Origin: Nitrospirota bacterium
GTDB taxonomy: Bacteria; Nitrospirota; Nitrospiria; Nitrospirales; Nitrospiraceae
Reading direction: 5' to 3'
NCBI GenBank assembly: GCA_963701855.1
Contig: CAVPBK010000005.1
Location: forward strand, 279,729-343,728
Length of the DNA: 64,000 nucleotides
Under the pieces are notes generated by a model, which had not been told where the DNA came from, made no database searches, and saw nothing but the letters and a program-made list of their open reading frames with translations. Of this stretch, positions 9,589 to 18,450 are shown one piece after another; positions within the stretch are counted from its first letter, which is position 1, and each line of letters opens with the position of its first letter. Made by a program: the position numbers and the translations under genes.

Positions 9589-10635
9589 GTGAATCGGATG
9601 AAGATCGTGCATGCTGTAACGGACGACCAGTTATCGACGGCTGATCAAGCACTTCGATGGTTCGTGCGGTTTCGGTCCGGCGATGCGACGGTCGCCGATC
9701 GGCGGAAGTTTCAGTCCTGGGTCAGGTCAGACCCGTCTCACCAACAGGAATTCGAGAAGATTTCCAGGCTTTGGATAGACCTTGACGAAACAAAACCGTT
9801 GCTCGCCGATGAGCTGAAGCGTGTCGTTGCCGATGGGAAATCCGAGGCTCATCGATCGCTTGAGAGGCATGCTGGACGATGGAGTACCTATGGACTTTCG
9901 AGCGCACTCGCAGCCTCTCTCATGTTGTTCATCGCAGTAGGCTGGTGGATGGTCGATCGACCAGAGACCGCGGTGTATCGGACTGTCAAGGGCGAACAGC
10001 GAACGGTTGCGCTCCCGGATGGGTCCAGGGTGATCCTGAATACCGATACCGCGGTCACGACGCAATTGTCCTCCTCTCGGAGGGGGGTGATTCTGCACAG
10101 AGGAGAAGCCTTCTTCGTCGTGTCGCATGACAAGCAGAGATCATTCGAGGTGGAGGCGGGCCGCGGAGTAATTCGGGATATCGGCACACAGTTTACCGTC
10201 CGTCGGCAGTTGGAGCAGGTGACGGTGACTGTCGTAGAGGGTGCAGTAGAGGTACAGGGCCTATCGGAAAAAATAGGCATAGCACCAGGGCAGCTTCTGA
10301 CGGCCGGTGACAAGACGTCCTATGGGGCAGATGGCTTCCTCGCTCCAGTCGAAAAGATCGACATTGCCGTATCCACCGCATGGATGGAAGGCAAAGTGCT
10401 GTTCGACCATCGTCCGTTGGCCGAGGTGATTCAGGAAATCGGTCGCTATCAAGAGGGAGAAATACGCGTCCTCGATCCCCGATTGAACGATCTCACAGTC
10501 AGTGGTGTATTTGGCGTCGATGATCGTGACGGGTTTCTGAGGGCACTTGAGACTGCAATTCCTGTGAAATCGACCCGTGTAAACACAAGGTTAGTTGTTT
10601 TGGAGAAGAGCGATTTCCCCTCCCCTCGAAGATGA
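9589..10635 (+). CDS. fecR: FecR-family anti-sigma factor / transmembrane sensor
   Basis: N-terminal QALRWFVR..FQSWVRSDPSH, one TM segment, LPDGSRVILNTDT, IGTQF, AWMEG. Confidence 0.94.
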   Translation: MNRMKIVHAVTDDQLSTADQALRWFVRFRSGDATVADRRKFQSWVRSDPSHQQEFEKISRLWIDLDETKPLLADELKRVVADGKSEAHRSLERHAGRWSTYGLSSALAASLMLFIAVGWWMVDRPETAVYRTVKGEQRTVALPDGSRVILNTDTAVTTQLSSSRRGVILHRGEAFFVVSHDKQRSFEVEAGRGVIRDIGTQFTVRRQLEQVTVTVVEGAVEVQGLSEKIGIAPGQLLTAGDKTSYGADGFLAPVEKIDIAVSTAWMEGKVLFDHRPLAEVIQEIGRYQEGEIRVLDPRLNDLTVSGVFGVDDRDGFLRALETAIPVKSTRVNTRLVVLEKSDFPSPRR

Positions 10636-10657
10636 GGGTTCATCGGTATCATTCGTC
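10633..10657 (+). promoter_or_regulatory. Putative FecI-type ECF promoter P2 (upstream of exbB)
   Basis: TGAGGGTT-N8-TCATTCGTC; 18/25 identical to P1. Confidence 0.6.
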
Positions 10658-10717
10658 CAAGCGTAAGCGGTCGAGGTAATTCGGCCGCCGATTATTCATT
10701 TCATGAGGTGATCGATC

Positions 10718-11143
10718 GTGGAAGCACTGGAACATATGGTGGATTATGGTGTTATTGGATTACTCGTGGGTTTAAGCCTGTGGGCGTTGGCCGTGGCCGT
10801 GGAACGGTGGCTCTTCTATCGGCGAGTCACGTTGAACCAGTTTGACAATGTGCAAAGCATGGAGATCGCGTTGACCAGACGTCTGGTCGTCATTGGGACC
10901 GTCGCGGCCAATGCGCCCTATATCGGATTGCTAGGGACGGTCTTAGGCATCATGTTGACCTTTCATACCATGGGCACTTCGGGCACGATGGCCATGGGGA
11001 CTATCATGGTCGGTCTCAGTTTGGCTCTCAAAGCGACGGCGGTGGGATTGTTGGTGGCGATCCCTTGTGTGGTGCTCAATAACATGCTGCGTCGACGGGT
11101 CTCCGAACTTCTGACACTCTACAGAGTGCAGCATGGAGCGTGA
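10718..11143 (+). CDS. exbB: ExbB, short form
   Basis: ANAPYIGLLGTVLGIM and ALKATAVGLLVAIP MotA/TolQ/ExbB motifs; 141 aa. Confidence 0.92.
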   Translation: MEALEHMVDYGVIGLLVGLSLWALAVAVERWLFYRRVTLNQFDNVQSMEIALTRRLVVIGTVAANAPYIGLLGTVLGIMLTFHTMGTSGTMAMGTIMVGLSLALKATAVGLLVAIPCVVLNNMLRRRVSELLTLYRVQHGA

Positions 11144-11507
11144 GCTCAATCAGATCAATGTCATTCCATTAGTTGATGTCATGCTCGTGCTGTTGGTCAT
11201 TGTCTTGACCACCGCGACCTTTATCTCGACTGGTCAAGTGCCGGTAGAATTGGCCAAGGCGAAAGAAGCCGGCGATCACAAGGACACGCCGTTGGTGATC
11301 ACGCTCACGGCAGATGGGCGGATGTTCATTAACGATCAACCTGTGGGAGACGATGGTTTGAAAACGGTGCTGACGTCGCACCCGAGAGAATCGTTTGTTG
11401 TGGTGCGCGCCGACCGGGTAACGGTGTTGGAACGGTTCGTGGGTGTGGTCGATGAGGTCCGAGGGTTGGGATTTCGGCAGGTGAGTCTCGAGGTGGTTCG
11501 GTCATGA
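11133..11507 (+). CDS. exbD: ExbD biopolymer transport protein
   Basis: INVIPLVDVMLVLL, VVVRAD. Confidence 0.93.
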   Translation: MERELNQINVIPLVDVMLVLLVIVLTTATFISTGQVPVELAKAKEAGDHKDTPLVITLTADGRMFINDQPVGDDGLKTVLTSHPRESFVVVRADRVTVLERFVGVVDEVRGLGFRQVSLEVVRS

Positions 11508-12349
11508 CAGCGGTCGAGATCAGCCAGGTAGCCAGAGGCCGCGAGGCGCATCATGCTCATGGCTGGATAGTTTCGATGCTGTGTCATGTGTTCGGCATCG
11601 GGAGCATTCTCTTGTTCATGGCGGACATCGAACCGCCGGTACTCCCGAACACATTTCAGTGGGAGGTCGCCATGGTGGAAGCTCCGCCGACAGTGGAGCC
11701 GGCGCCTGCTCCACCGACGCCGACCCCCGTTCCTCAGCGCCAGGCTGAACGGTCCTTCGACCCTCGCCATCGTGCTCAAACCGCAGAGATGGTTCCACAA
11801 ACAGTGCACGATATTGTTACTCCGATTGATGCGACGATGGAGCGCGCAATCATACAGACCACGGAAAGCTCGACGGCAGTTACTCAGGCAGTTACCACCA
11901 ATCACGAATCGGTGGCAGAGCAGGCAACCGTCACCTTTATGCAGAACTTGAGACAGGTGGAATTGGTAGAGCGAGAATCTCCTGCTTCCGACCCTCAATT
12001 ATCCGCGATCGAGCATCGAGTCGTCCAACATCGGTTAGTGAAGGTTCGTGAGACGCAAGCCGACTATGGCTGGCTTCGGGATGCGCTCTGGGGTCGCATC
12101 CATGAGCTGAAGCGCTATCCATCGCTAGCCAAGGAGAACCATTGGGAAGGGAAGGTTGTGGTGCAAGCGGTAATTCGCGCCGACGGTACAATCGTCGATT
12201 GTGAAGTTGCAGAAAGTTCTGGCCGGGCGATCCTGGATCAGGAGGCCCTGGCGGTTATGAGAAAAACCTCGCCGTTGATTCTCAAGCATCCGTTGGGGAA
12301 GCCGAGTATTACGCTACTTATTCCGATCACCTACAAGTTGGACGGCTAG
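11504..12349 (+). CDS. tonB: TonB energy transducer (second paralog)
   Basis: SMLCH TM motif, Pro-rich linker, YPSLAK..EGKVVVQ..ESSGRAILDQEAL. Confidence 0.9.
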   Translation: MTAVEISQVARGREAHHAHGWIVSMLCHVFGIGSILLFMADIEPPVLPNTFQWEVAMVEAPPTVEPAPAPPTPTPVPQRQAERSFDPRHRAQTAEMVPQTVHDIVTPIDATMERAIIQTTESSTAVTQAVTTNHESVAEQATVTFMQNLRQVELVERESPASDPQLSAIEHRVVQHRLVKVRETQADYGWLRDALWGRIHELKRYPSLAKENHWEGKVVVQAVIRADGTIVDCEVAESSGRAILDQEALAVMRKTSPLILKHPLGKPSITLLIPITYKLDG

Positions 12350-12430
12350 CATCAAGGCCCCGCCTGGGTCACGGTGATCGTAGAGGAGGAGAATACATTA
12401 CGTGACTGAACGATAAACAGGAGAATCATC

Positions 12431-12889
12431 ATGATGAATTACTCGATGATCCGGCGCATATCCACGTTGTGCCGCGTGCTATGTGTGATGTTGGCATGTT
12501 CTGTGATTGGAAGTTCTGTCTGGGCGCAAACCAAGACTGACAAAGTCTTCCATGCCGTGGCGATGGATGCCAAGGGGGTCGAAACGGACATGAAGAACGT
12601 CATGTTCTATTGGGAGGAAAAAATCAGTGAGACGGCCTTCGTGCCGCACGAAGGCCGCGAAGTACCGGTCAAGCGCGGCACGGCCACGGTCAAGATCAAA
12701 TTCGAGGCTATTAACCACATCGATCTCAAACCTTCCGGGAACGGCGCTCTGCCGAACGTCACGATTACACTCAATGACGGCAAGACGGGAGACTTCGTCC
12801 TCGCCATCGCGGGCAGTTTCAAAGGGCAATCAGACTTCGGAGAGGTTGAGCTGCCGGCAACTGAACTGAGGAAGCTCAGCTTTAGATAG
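12431..12889 (+). CDS. Hypothetical exported protein
   Basis: SD AGGAG, signal peptide ending VWA-Q, beta-rich mature part. Confidence 0.75.
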   Translation: MMNYSMIRRISTLCRVLCVMLACSVIGSSVWAQTKTDKVFHAVAMDAKGVETDMKNVMFYWEEKISETAFVPHEGREVPVKRGTATVKIKFEAINHIDLKPSGNGALPNVTITLNDGKTGDFVLAIAGSFKGQSDFGEVELPATELRKLSFR

Positions 12890-13033
12890 CGCCGCAAGCC
12901 ATGCGACGTCGGGTAGACCCTCGCGGACGTTCATGCGCTTCTCAATTTCGGCTTTCCCTGACTCTGAAGCTGAACCGGTTTGGTGTCCCTGTCCCAGGCC
13001 ATCACCAGCTGGCTATCTTTTCCGACGGAGAAG

Positions 13034-13058
13034 TCAGGTTTTTCAATTCTCATGCGTC
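13034..13058 (+). promoter_or_regulatory. Putative FecI-type ECF promoter P3 (upstream of the Com-like gene and receptor)
   Basis: TCAGGTTT-N8-TCATGCGTC. Confidence 0.65.
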
Positions 13059-13139
13059 AAACCTATCGTGGATGGGATTCGGCCTCTGTGCTCTCGTTGA
13101 GCAGGACGATAAATTTTTCTCCAGGGGCCAGGGGGGGCA

Positions 13140-13328
13140 ATGAGTGAACAGCGTGCGTCGGCGCCGGCTGCCATGGATGTTCGATGTCGCTGTGGCAGGC
13201 TGATTGCTCGATGGGAAGGACACAGTCTTGTCATCAAGTGCACTCGATGCGGGCGTTTCGTACAGATTCACTCTTCGGCCATCAGTGGAACGCCACCTCC
13301 TGATCTGAGATCAGGGTCCCACCGGTAA
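13140..13328 (+). CDS. Small zinc-ribbon protein resembling phage Mu Com (alternative start 13173)
   Basis: DVRCRCGRLIARWEGHSLVIKCTRCGRFVQI fits the Com pattern (I/V)RC..C.(K/R)L(L/I)....(I/L).I(K/R)C.RC; first knuckle is CxC rather than CxxC. Confidence 0.75.
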   Translation: MSEQRASAPAAMDVRCRCGRLIARWEGHSLVIKCTRCGRFVQIHSSAISGTPPPDLRSGSHR

Positions 13329-13358
13329 TCCCGTCCACAGACAGGCGTTTGTCCGCAC

Positions 13359-13422
13359 GAGGCCAACGGAACTTGAGTCCAGAGCCCACGGCTGCTTAGG
13401 CAGCCGTGGGCTCTGTTGTTTT
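13359..13422 (+). promoter_or_regulatory. Leader attenuator element L2
   Basis: GAGGCC..GAGTCC-AGAGCC with the same 16-nt spacing as L1; perfect 16-bp stem 13380-13395/13400-13415 followed by TTGTTTT. Confidence 0.8.
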
Positions 13423-13468
13423 CTAGAGGCAATGAGAACAAGTCAGTGCTGAGAAAGGAATAACGGCG

Positions 13469-15946
13469 ATGACATGGCGCGAGATGGGAATTGGGTTGGG
13501 AGTGTTCGTATTGTTGATCGTATTGGCGTTCGTGGTGACACATTCTGCGTTTGCGCAGTCGGATGCGGTGACCGTCACCATTCCACCTCAAGAGTTGTCG
13601 ACAGCGCTGACGGCATTGGCCGAACAGACGAATCTGCAAGTACTCTATGCATCGGAACTTGCGAGCGGGAAAATGACGAAAGGAGTCGCCGGCACGGTCA
13701 CCGCGCAGGAGGCTATCCAACAGCTGATAGAAGGCACCGGTCTGGCCTATACGTTTACCGACGCCAAGACCGTGACGCTTCAGGCTGCGACACCGGCTGT
13801 GATGATCCCGGGCAATCTCTCTGCTCAGCCGGAACTCGGGACGATCAAACAGAAACCGATTAAAGTTCCAGAAGTTGTGGTGAAAGACGTCAGGACGCGC
13901 AGCTACACCGCCGATGAGGCCTCCAGCGCCACCAGGATTCCGATTCCCATTGAAGACGTTCCACGCTCTGTTGAGACCGTCACACGACAAGTAATTGATG
14001 ACCAGAAAGTCATTCGTATGAGCGACGCGCTTCGGAATGTGAGCGGAACCTCTATGCCAAGTACACAGGGCGGCCGAGGCGGCGACTTCATGATCCGGGG
14101 TTTTCGGTCTGATCTGAACGTGTTCAAGAACGGCTTTCGGGAAGATAGTACGTTCGCTGCCCGGGCTGCACGGGACATCGCGAACCTCCAGAATATCGAA
14201 GTCGTGAAGGGACCACCTTCCTATCTCTATGGCCGAGCCGACCCGGGCGGTGTGATCAACCAGATTACCAAGGACCCGCTCCGAACACCCTACTACTCGG
14301 GTGAAATGATCTTTGGAAGCTACAACCTCTACCGGCCGACCATTGATATCGGCGGTCCGCTCAACGACAGCAGAACACTGACGTACCGGCTCAACGGCGT
14401 CTATGAGTCAGCCGAGAGCTATCGCGAAGGGGTTAAGAGCGAACGGGTATTCCTTGCGCCGACATTTGGTTGGGAAGCGACCTCACGGGACACATTTCGG
14501 CTTGAGCTCGAGTATCTCTATGATCGGTCCCCCATCGATCGAGGTCTGGTCGCAGTGGGAAGCGGTCCGGCGAATATTCCGATCGGCCGGTTTCTTGGAG
14601 ACCCCACGAAGCGAGGAGAGATCAATCAGGGGAAGGCGACGTTGCAGTATCTTCATCAGTTCAACGAGATGTGGAAATGGCGAACCGCTGTGCGTATGGC
14701 CGTCACATCGGAAACCTATAACAGTCTCGAATCCTGGTTCATGGATGATGCAACAGGGAATCTCAGTTTGGCGGCGTTTCACATTCCATCGCTCGTACAA
14801 AGCAATTATATGCAGAATGAGGTACACGGTCTGTTTTCGACCGGGTCGGTGAAGCACAAGCTCTTAGCGGGTGTCGAGCTGGGATGGGAGTATTCGAAGC
14901 AGCAAGTACTTTCCGACTCTTTCGACTTCGCCAATTTGAACACCATCAATATTTATAATCCCTCCTATTCTTTTCACAATAACCGCTTGGACTCACAGTT
15001 TAACGGCACAACTAAAAACCAGATCGTGGGTGTCTATGCCGGCGATCAAATCAATCTGCTTGAGAACTTAAAGATGAATGTGGGTGGCCGGTTCGATTAC
15101 TTCCATCAGAAGCAGGAGCTGAACCCCAATTCGTTCGATTCAACAAGCAGCACGGACGGACAGACCAAGAATGCCTTCAGTCCGTCGATCGGGATCGTCT
15201 ATCAACCGATCAAGCCGATCTCGTTGTTCGCCGATTTTACCCAGTCATTCGCCCCGCAATCTTCCATATCGCGAAGTGTCACCGGCCAAATATTCGAACC
15301 TGAGCGGGGACAGCAGGTCGAGGGAGGTATTAAATTTCAAGCGTACGAAGGAAAATTGCGGGCTACGATGGCCGTGTTTGAAATCAAAAAGAAGCACGTG
15401 CTCACCGCCGACGTCAGCCAAGGGCCGGGGTCCGGATTCTCCATCGCCACCGGAGAACAACGCAGCAAAGGCTTTGAATTCGACATTGCAGGACAGGTCC
15501 ATCCAGGATTAGAGATCATCGGCAACTATGCCTACATCGATGCGCGCGTCACCCAAGACAATCTATTTGCCATTGGCAGCCGCCTGCCGAATGTTCCTTT
15601 GAACCAAGGGAGTATCTGGGCCAAGTATGTCTTTCAAGAGGGTGTCGTGAAAGGGTTCGGAGCCGGGCTGGGAATGTACGCGCAAAGTAATCGTCAAGGT
15701 ATTTTCCAGTGTCAGGATCCGATCCAGTGTCAGGCACCCTTCAATTTAGCTGGTTTCGTGCGCATGGATGGGGCGTTGTACTATTACAAACCGGAGGTAT
15801 TTTCAGGAAGCAATCTGCTCGCGTCGTTGAACTTCACGAATCTACTGGATCAGCGCTACATGACCGGGGCGCAAAACTTCCGTGAAATTATCTACACCGG
15901 CGCACCATTGACGGTGATTGGTTCGCTGAAACTGGAGTTCAATTAG
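13469..15946 (+). CDS. TonB-dependent siderophore receptor with N-terminal STN signalling domain
   Basis: IPPQELSTALTALAEQTNLQV (STN), plug motifs FMIRGF and IEVVKGPPSYLYG..PGGVIN, C-terminal NLLDQRY..LKLEFN. Confidence 0.95.
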   Translation: MTWREMGIGLGVFVLLIVLAFVVTHSAFAQSDAVTVTIPPQELSTALTALAEQTNLQVLYASELASGKMTKGVAGTVTAQEAIQQLIEGTGLAYTFTDAKTVTLQAATPAVMIPGNLSAQPELGTIKQKPIKVPEVVVKDVRTRSYTADEASSATRIPIPIEDVPRSVETVTRQVIDDQKVIRMSDALRNVSGTSMPSTQGGRGGDFMIRGFRSDLNVFKNGFREDSTFAARAARDIANLQNIEVVKGPPSYLYGRADPGGVINQITKDPLRTPYYSGEMIFGSYNLYRPTIDIGGPLNDSRTLTYRLNGVYESAESYREGVKSERVFLAPTFGWEATSRDTFRLELEYLYDRSPIDRGLVAVGSGPANIPIGRFLGDPTKRGEINQGKATLQYLHQFNEMWKWRTAVRMAVTSETYNSLESWFMDDATGNLSLAAFHIPSLVQSNYMQNEVHGLFSTGSVKHKLLAGVELGWEYSKQQVLSDSFDFANLNTINIYNPSYSFHNNRLDSQFNGTTKNQIVGVYAGDQINLLENLKMNVGGRFDYFHQKQELNPNSFDSTSSTDGQTKNAFSPSIGIVYQPIKPISLFADFTQSFAPQSSISRSVTGQIFEPERGQQVEGGIKFQAYEGKLRATMAVFEIKKKHVLTADVSQGPGSGFSIATGEQRSKGFEFDIAGQVHPGLEIIGNYAYIDARVTQDNLFAIGSRLPNVPLNQGSIWAKYVFQEGVVKGFGAGLGMYAQSNRQGIFQCQDPIQCQAPFNLAGFVRMDGALYYYKPEVFSGSNLLASLNFTNLLDQRYMTGAQNFREIIYTGAPLTVIGSLKLEFN

Positions 15947-15991
15947 ATGTGCCGGGAAGGTTGCGCAGCCCGGTCTTGGTTGGGCTAGGCC

Positions 15992-17146
15992 GTGAACCGC
16001 ATGCCTTGGCAGAAGCTGTGGCTGCGGGTTCATTGGTGGCTCGGTCTCTTTGCCGGGGCGATGTTTGTTTTCATCGGGCTCACCGGAAGCACCTTGGTGT
16101 TCTATCAGGTTCTCGATGTATGGCTGAATCCGGAGCGACTCACGACAGGGGGTCGAGGAAGCTATCGTTCGTTTGATGAGATGGCGACGGCAGCTCGAAT
16201 GGCGCGGCCCGATGTGCCAGGACCCTATGTCCTCTTGTTGCCGTCCGATACCCAGGGCGTGGTGGTTGCCTGGTTCAAGAAGTCTACTGGCGAGCAGGGG
16301 CGCGCCCAGGAGATCGAAGTTGCGATCGATCCGTACAGTTCAAGAGTTTTGAGCAAGGATCGTATGTGGGGCAGCACCCCGGTCTCGTTTGTCTACGAAT
16401 TTCACCAAGCCCTGCTACTGGAAACGGTTGGGGAAACCATTCTCGGTTTCTTCGCCTTCTTCCTGTTGTTGTCGGTTTCCACAGGTCTCTACCTCTGGTG
16501 GCCAAAGCCGGGAAGAATTCGAGAAGCGTTTACGATCAAGTCTGATGGGAGCCGTCTCCGGAGCCTGTATGACCTGCATAAGCTCAGCGGGATTTCGGGC
16601 GCGCTGATTCTGCTTGTTCTCGCTTCAACGGGCCTATATCTGGAGTTTCCCGCATACGTCAGCCCACTGGTCGGGTCGATTTCGCCATTTCCCGAAGAGC
16701 CTGTATTGCGTTCGAACGCAGGTTCGGAGAGACGATCTATTCCGATCGATCGGGCCGTCACGATCGCCCAGTCTATCTTTCCATCCGGTGAACTGAAGTG
16801 GGTCGGGTTGCCGCAACAGCGCGATGACGTCTACCAGATCGGTCTGCGTCAATCCGAGGAGGTTCGGCGTTCGAGTGGCGAAAGCATTGTTTGGCTGGAT
16901 CAGTATAGCGGTGAGGTTTTACATACGCGCGACTGGAATCGACTTACTGGCGGAGAAACGTTCCTTGCCTGGCTGTTTCCCTTGCACAACGGCGAAGCGT
17001 TCGGACTAATAGGGCGATGGATCGTGTTCGTGACTGGATTTATTCCCTCCGTGCTCTATGCCACCGCGCTTCGGATGTGGTGGTTGAAGCGAAAGGCGCA
17101 TATGCGGCGAAAAGCGAGTGTCGACTCCTCACCTGCGAACGCCTGA
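15992..17146 (+). CDS. PepSY-associated TM protein (FoxB/PiuB-like candidate ferric-siderophore reductase)
   Basis: RVHWWLGL, GLTG, IDPYS, EFHQALL, GLYLWWP, YDLHKLSG, PLHNG. Confidence 0.9.
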   Translation: MNRMPWQKLWLRVHWWLGLFAGAMFVFIGLTGSTLVFYQVLDVWLNPERLTTGGRGSYRSFDEMATAARMARPDVPGPYVLLLPSDTQGVVVAWFKKSTGEQGRAQEIEVAIDPYSSRVLSKDRMWGSTPVSFVYEFHQALLLETVGETILGFFAFFLLLSVSTGLYLWWPKPGRIREAFTIKSDGSRLRSLYDLHKLSGISGALILLVLASTGLYLEFPAYVSPLVGSISPFPEEPVLRSNAGSERRSIPIDRAVTIAQSIFPSGELKWVGLPQQRDDVYQIGLRQSEEVRRSSGESIVWLDQYSGEVLHTRDWNRLTGGETFLAWLFPLHNGEAFGLIGRWIVFVTGFIPSVLYATALRMWWLKRKAHMRRKASVDSSPANA

Positions 17147-17325
17147 TATTCCCATGAGTTACGTTTTCCCGCCCATCCGGCATGGGATCTATCTTTTCGG
17201 CAAGGATTCAACCCTGGCGCGGTGTCTAGAGGAGGAGTTACACCACATGAGGTTATTTCTAGTTCATACGTCACATCTATATGGGTGGGTTGAGGGAAGA
17301 TGGCGGCTGCGCTGAATGTTCTTCT

Positions 17326-18393
17326 ATGAACAAAAAGAAGATTTCAATCGTTCTGGCGGTATTCGCAGTGATCGTCATTCTGATGATCAAGCTGTGGGAT
17401 CGACCGACAAGCGGGTCGGCTGTGTTCACAGAATCGGCCGAAGGGCCCATGTTGGTGGATGTTTCACCGGTTATGGTCGGCTCGATTACTGAATCAATTC
17501 AGGCAGTCGGTACGCTGCAGGCTATTGCCTCGATCATGATTAGGCCGGAAATTGCCGGGATAGTTCGCCGGATCCATTTTGCTGATGGGCAATTCGTCGA
17601 ACGAACAGTTCCTCTCGTCGAAATGGATCCGGAGGAACTTCAGGCACAAGCCAATCAAGCCGCAGCTCAAGAAAAAATGACGCAAGTCACATACGAACGT
17701 CTCAAGCGGCTCGCTGCTCAACAGACGACGATTGTGCCCACTCAGCAAGTCGATGAAGCCAGGTTAGCCCTCCAAGCCGCCGCCGCCAATACGGTGCTGT
17801 ATGCCACGCGCTTGAAGAAAACCATCATCCGTGCTCCGTTCAGCGGCACGGTGGGTTTTCGTCGAGTGTCGGTCGGGGATTACATGCAACCAGGACAGGA
17901 TATTGTGAATCTCGAAGATCTGAGCACCCTTCACGTGGACTTCAAGGTGCCCGAGGTGTGGCTCAGTCAGCTCTTCGTGGACCAACGTTTGATCGTCACG
18001 ACCGATGCGTTTCCCAATGTCTCGTTTGAAGGATGTGTATCGGCGATCGATCCGCGGATCGATTCGGTCAATCGAACGGTCGCCGTTCGTGCGGCGGTTC
18101 CCAACCCCGAAGGAACACTTCGTCCCGGTCTCTTCGCGACGGTTCGGTTGACGCACGGACAGGATACTCACGCCCTGCTAATCCCGGAAGAGGCGGTGTT
18201 TCTGCAACGGGACAAGGTCATGGTATTTCGCGTGGAGGATCAAACTGCCCGGTTGACGGAGATCGCGGTCGGCGCGCGCGAACGGGGGATGGTCCAGGTG
18301 CGCACCGGTTTGAAGGAAGGCGATCATGTCGTACGTACCGGCACGCATAAGGTGCGCGAAGGTCTCCGGGTTTCCGTCAAGTCATCTCAGTAA
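17326..18393 (+). CDS. RND efflux membrane fusion protein
   Basis: N-terminal TM, IRPEIAGIV, IRAPFSGTVG, LRPGLFA, LLIPEEAV. Confidence 0.92.
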   Translation: MNKKKISIVLAVFAVIVILMIKLWDRPTSGSAVFTESAEGPMLVDVSPVMVGSITESIQAVGTLQAIASIMIRPEIAGIVRRIHFADGQFVERTVPLVEMDPEELQAQANQAAAQEKMTQVTYERLKRLAAQQTTIVPTQQVDEARLALQAAAANTVLYATRLKKTIIRAPFSGTVGFRRVSVGDYMQPGQDIVNLEDLSTLHVDFKVPEVWLSQLFVDQRLIVTTDAFPNVSFEGCVSAIDPRIDSVNRTVAVRAAVPNPEGTLRPGLFATVRLTHGQDTHALLIPEEAVFLQRDKVMVFRVEDQTARLTEIAVGARERGMVQVRTGLKEGDHVVRTGTHKVREGLRVSVKSSQ

Positions 18394-18450
18394 GAAAGGC
18401 TCACCCGTTCGCATGCTCAGCTTCAACACACATTTCTTCCGGCTATCAGT

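Noticed and set aside
12901..13143. 80-aa ORF overlapping the Com-like start
   Set aside because: No recognisable motif, and it spans the predicted P3 promoter; probably spurious.
17118..17315. Small ORF between the PepSY and membrane fusion genes
   Set aside because: No family resemblance and no clear ribosome-binding site.
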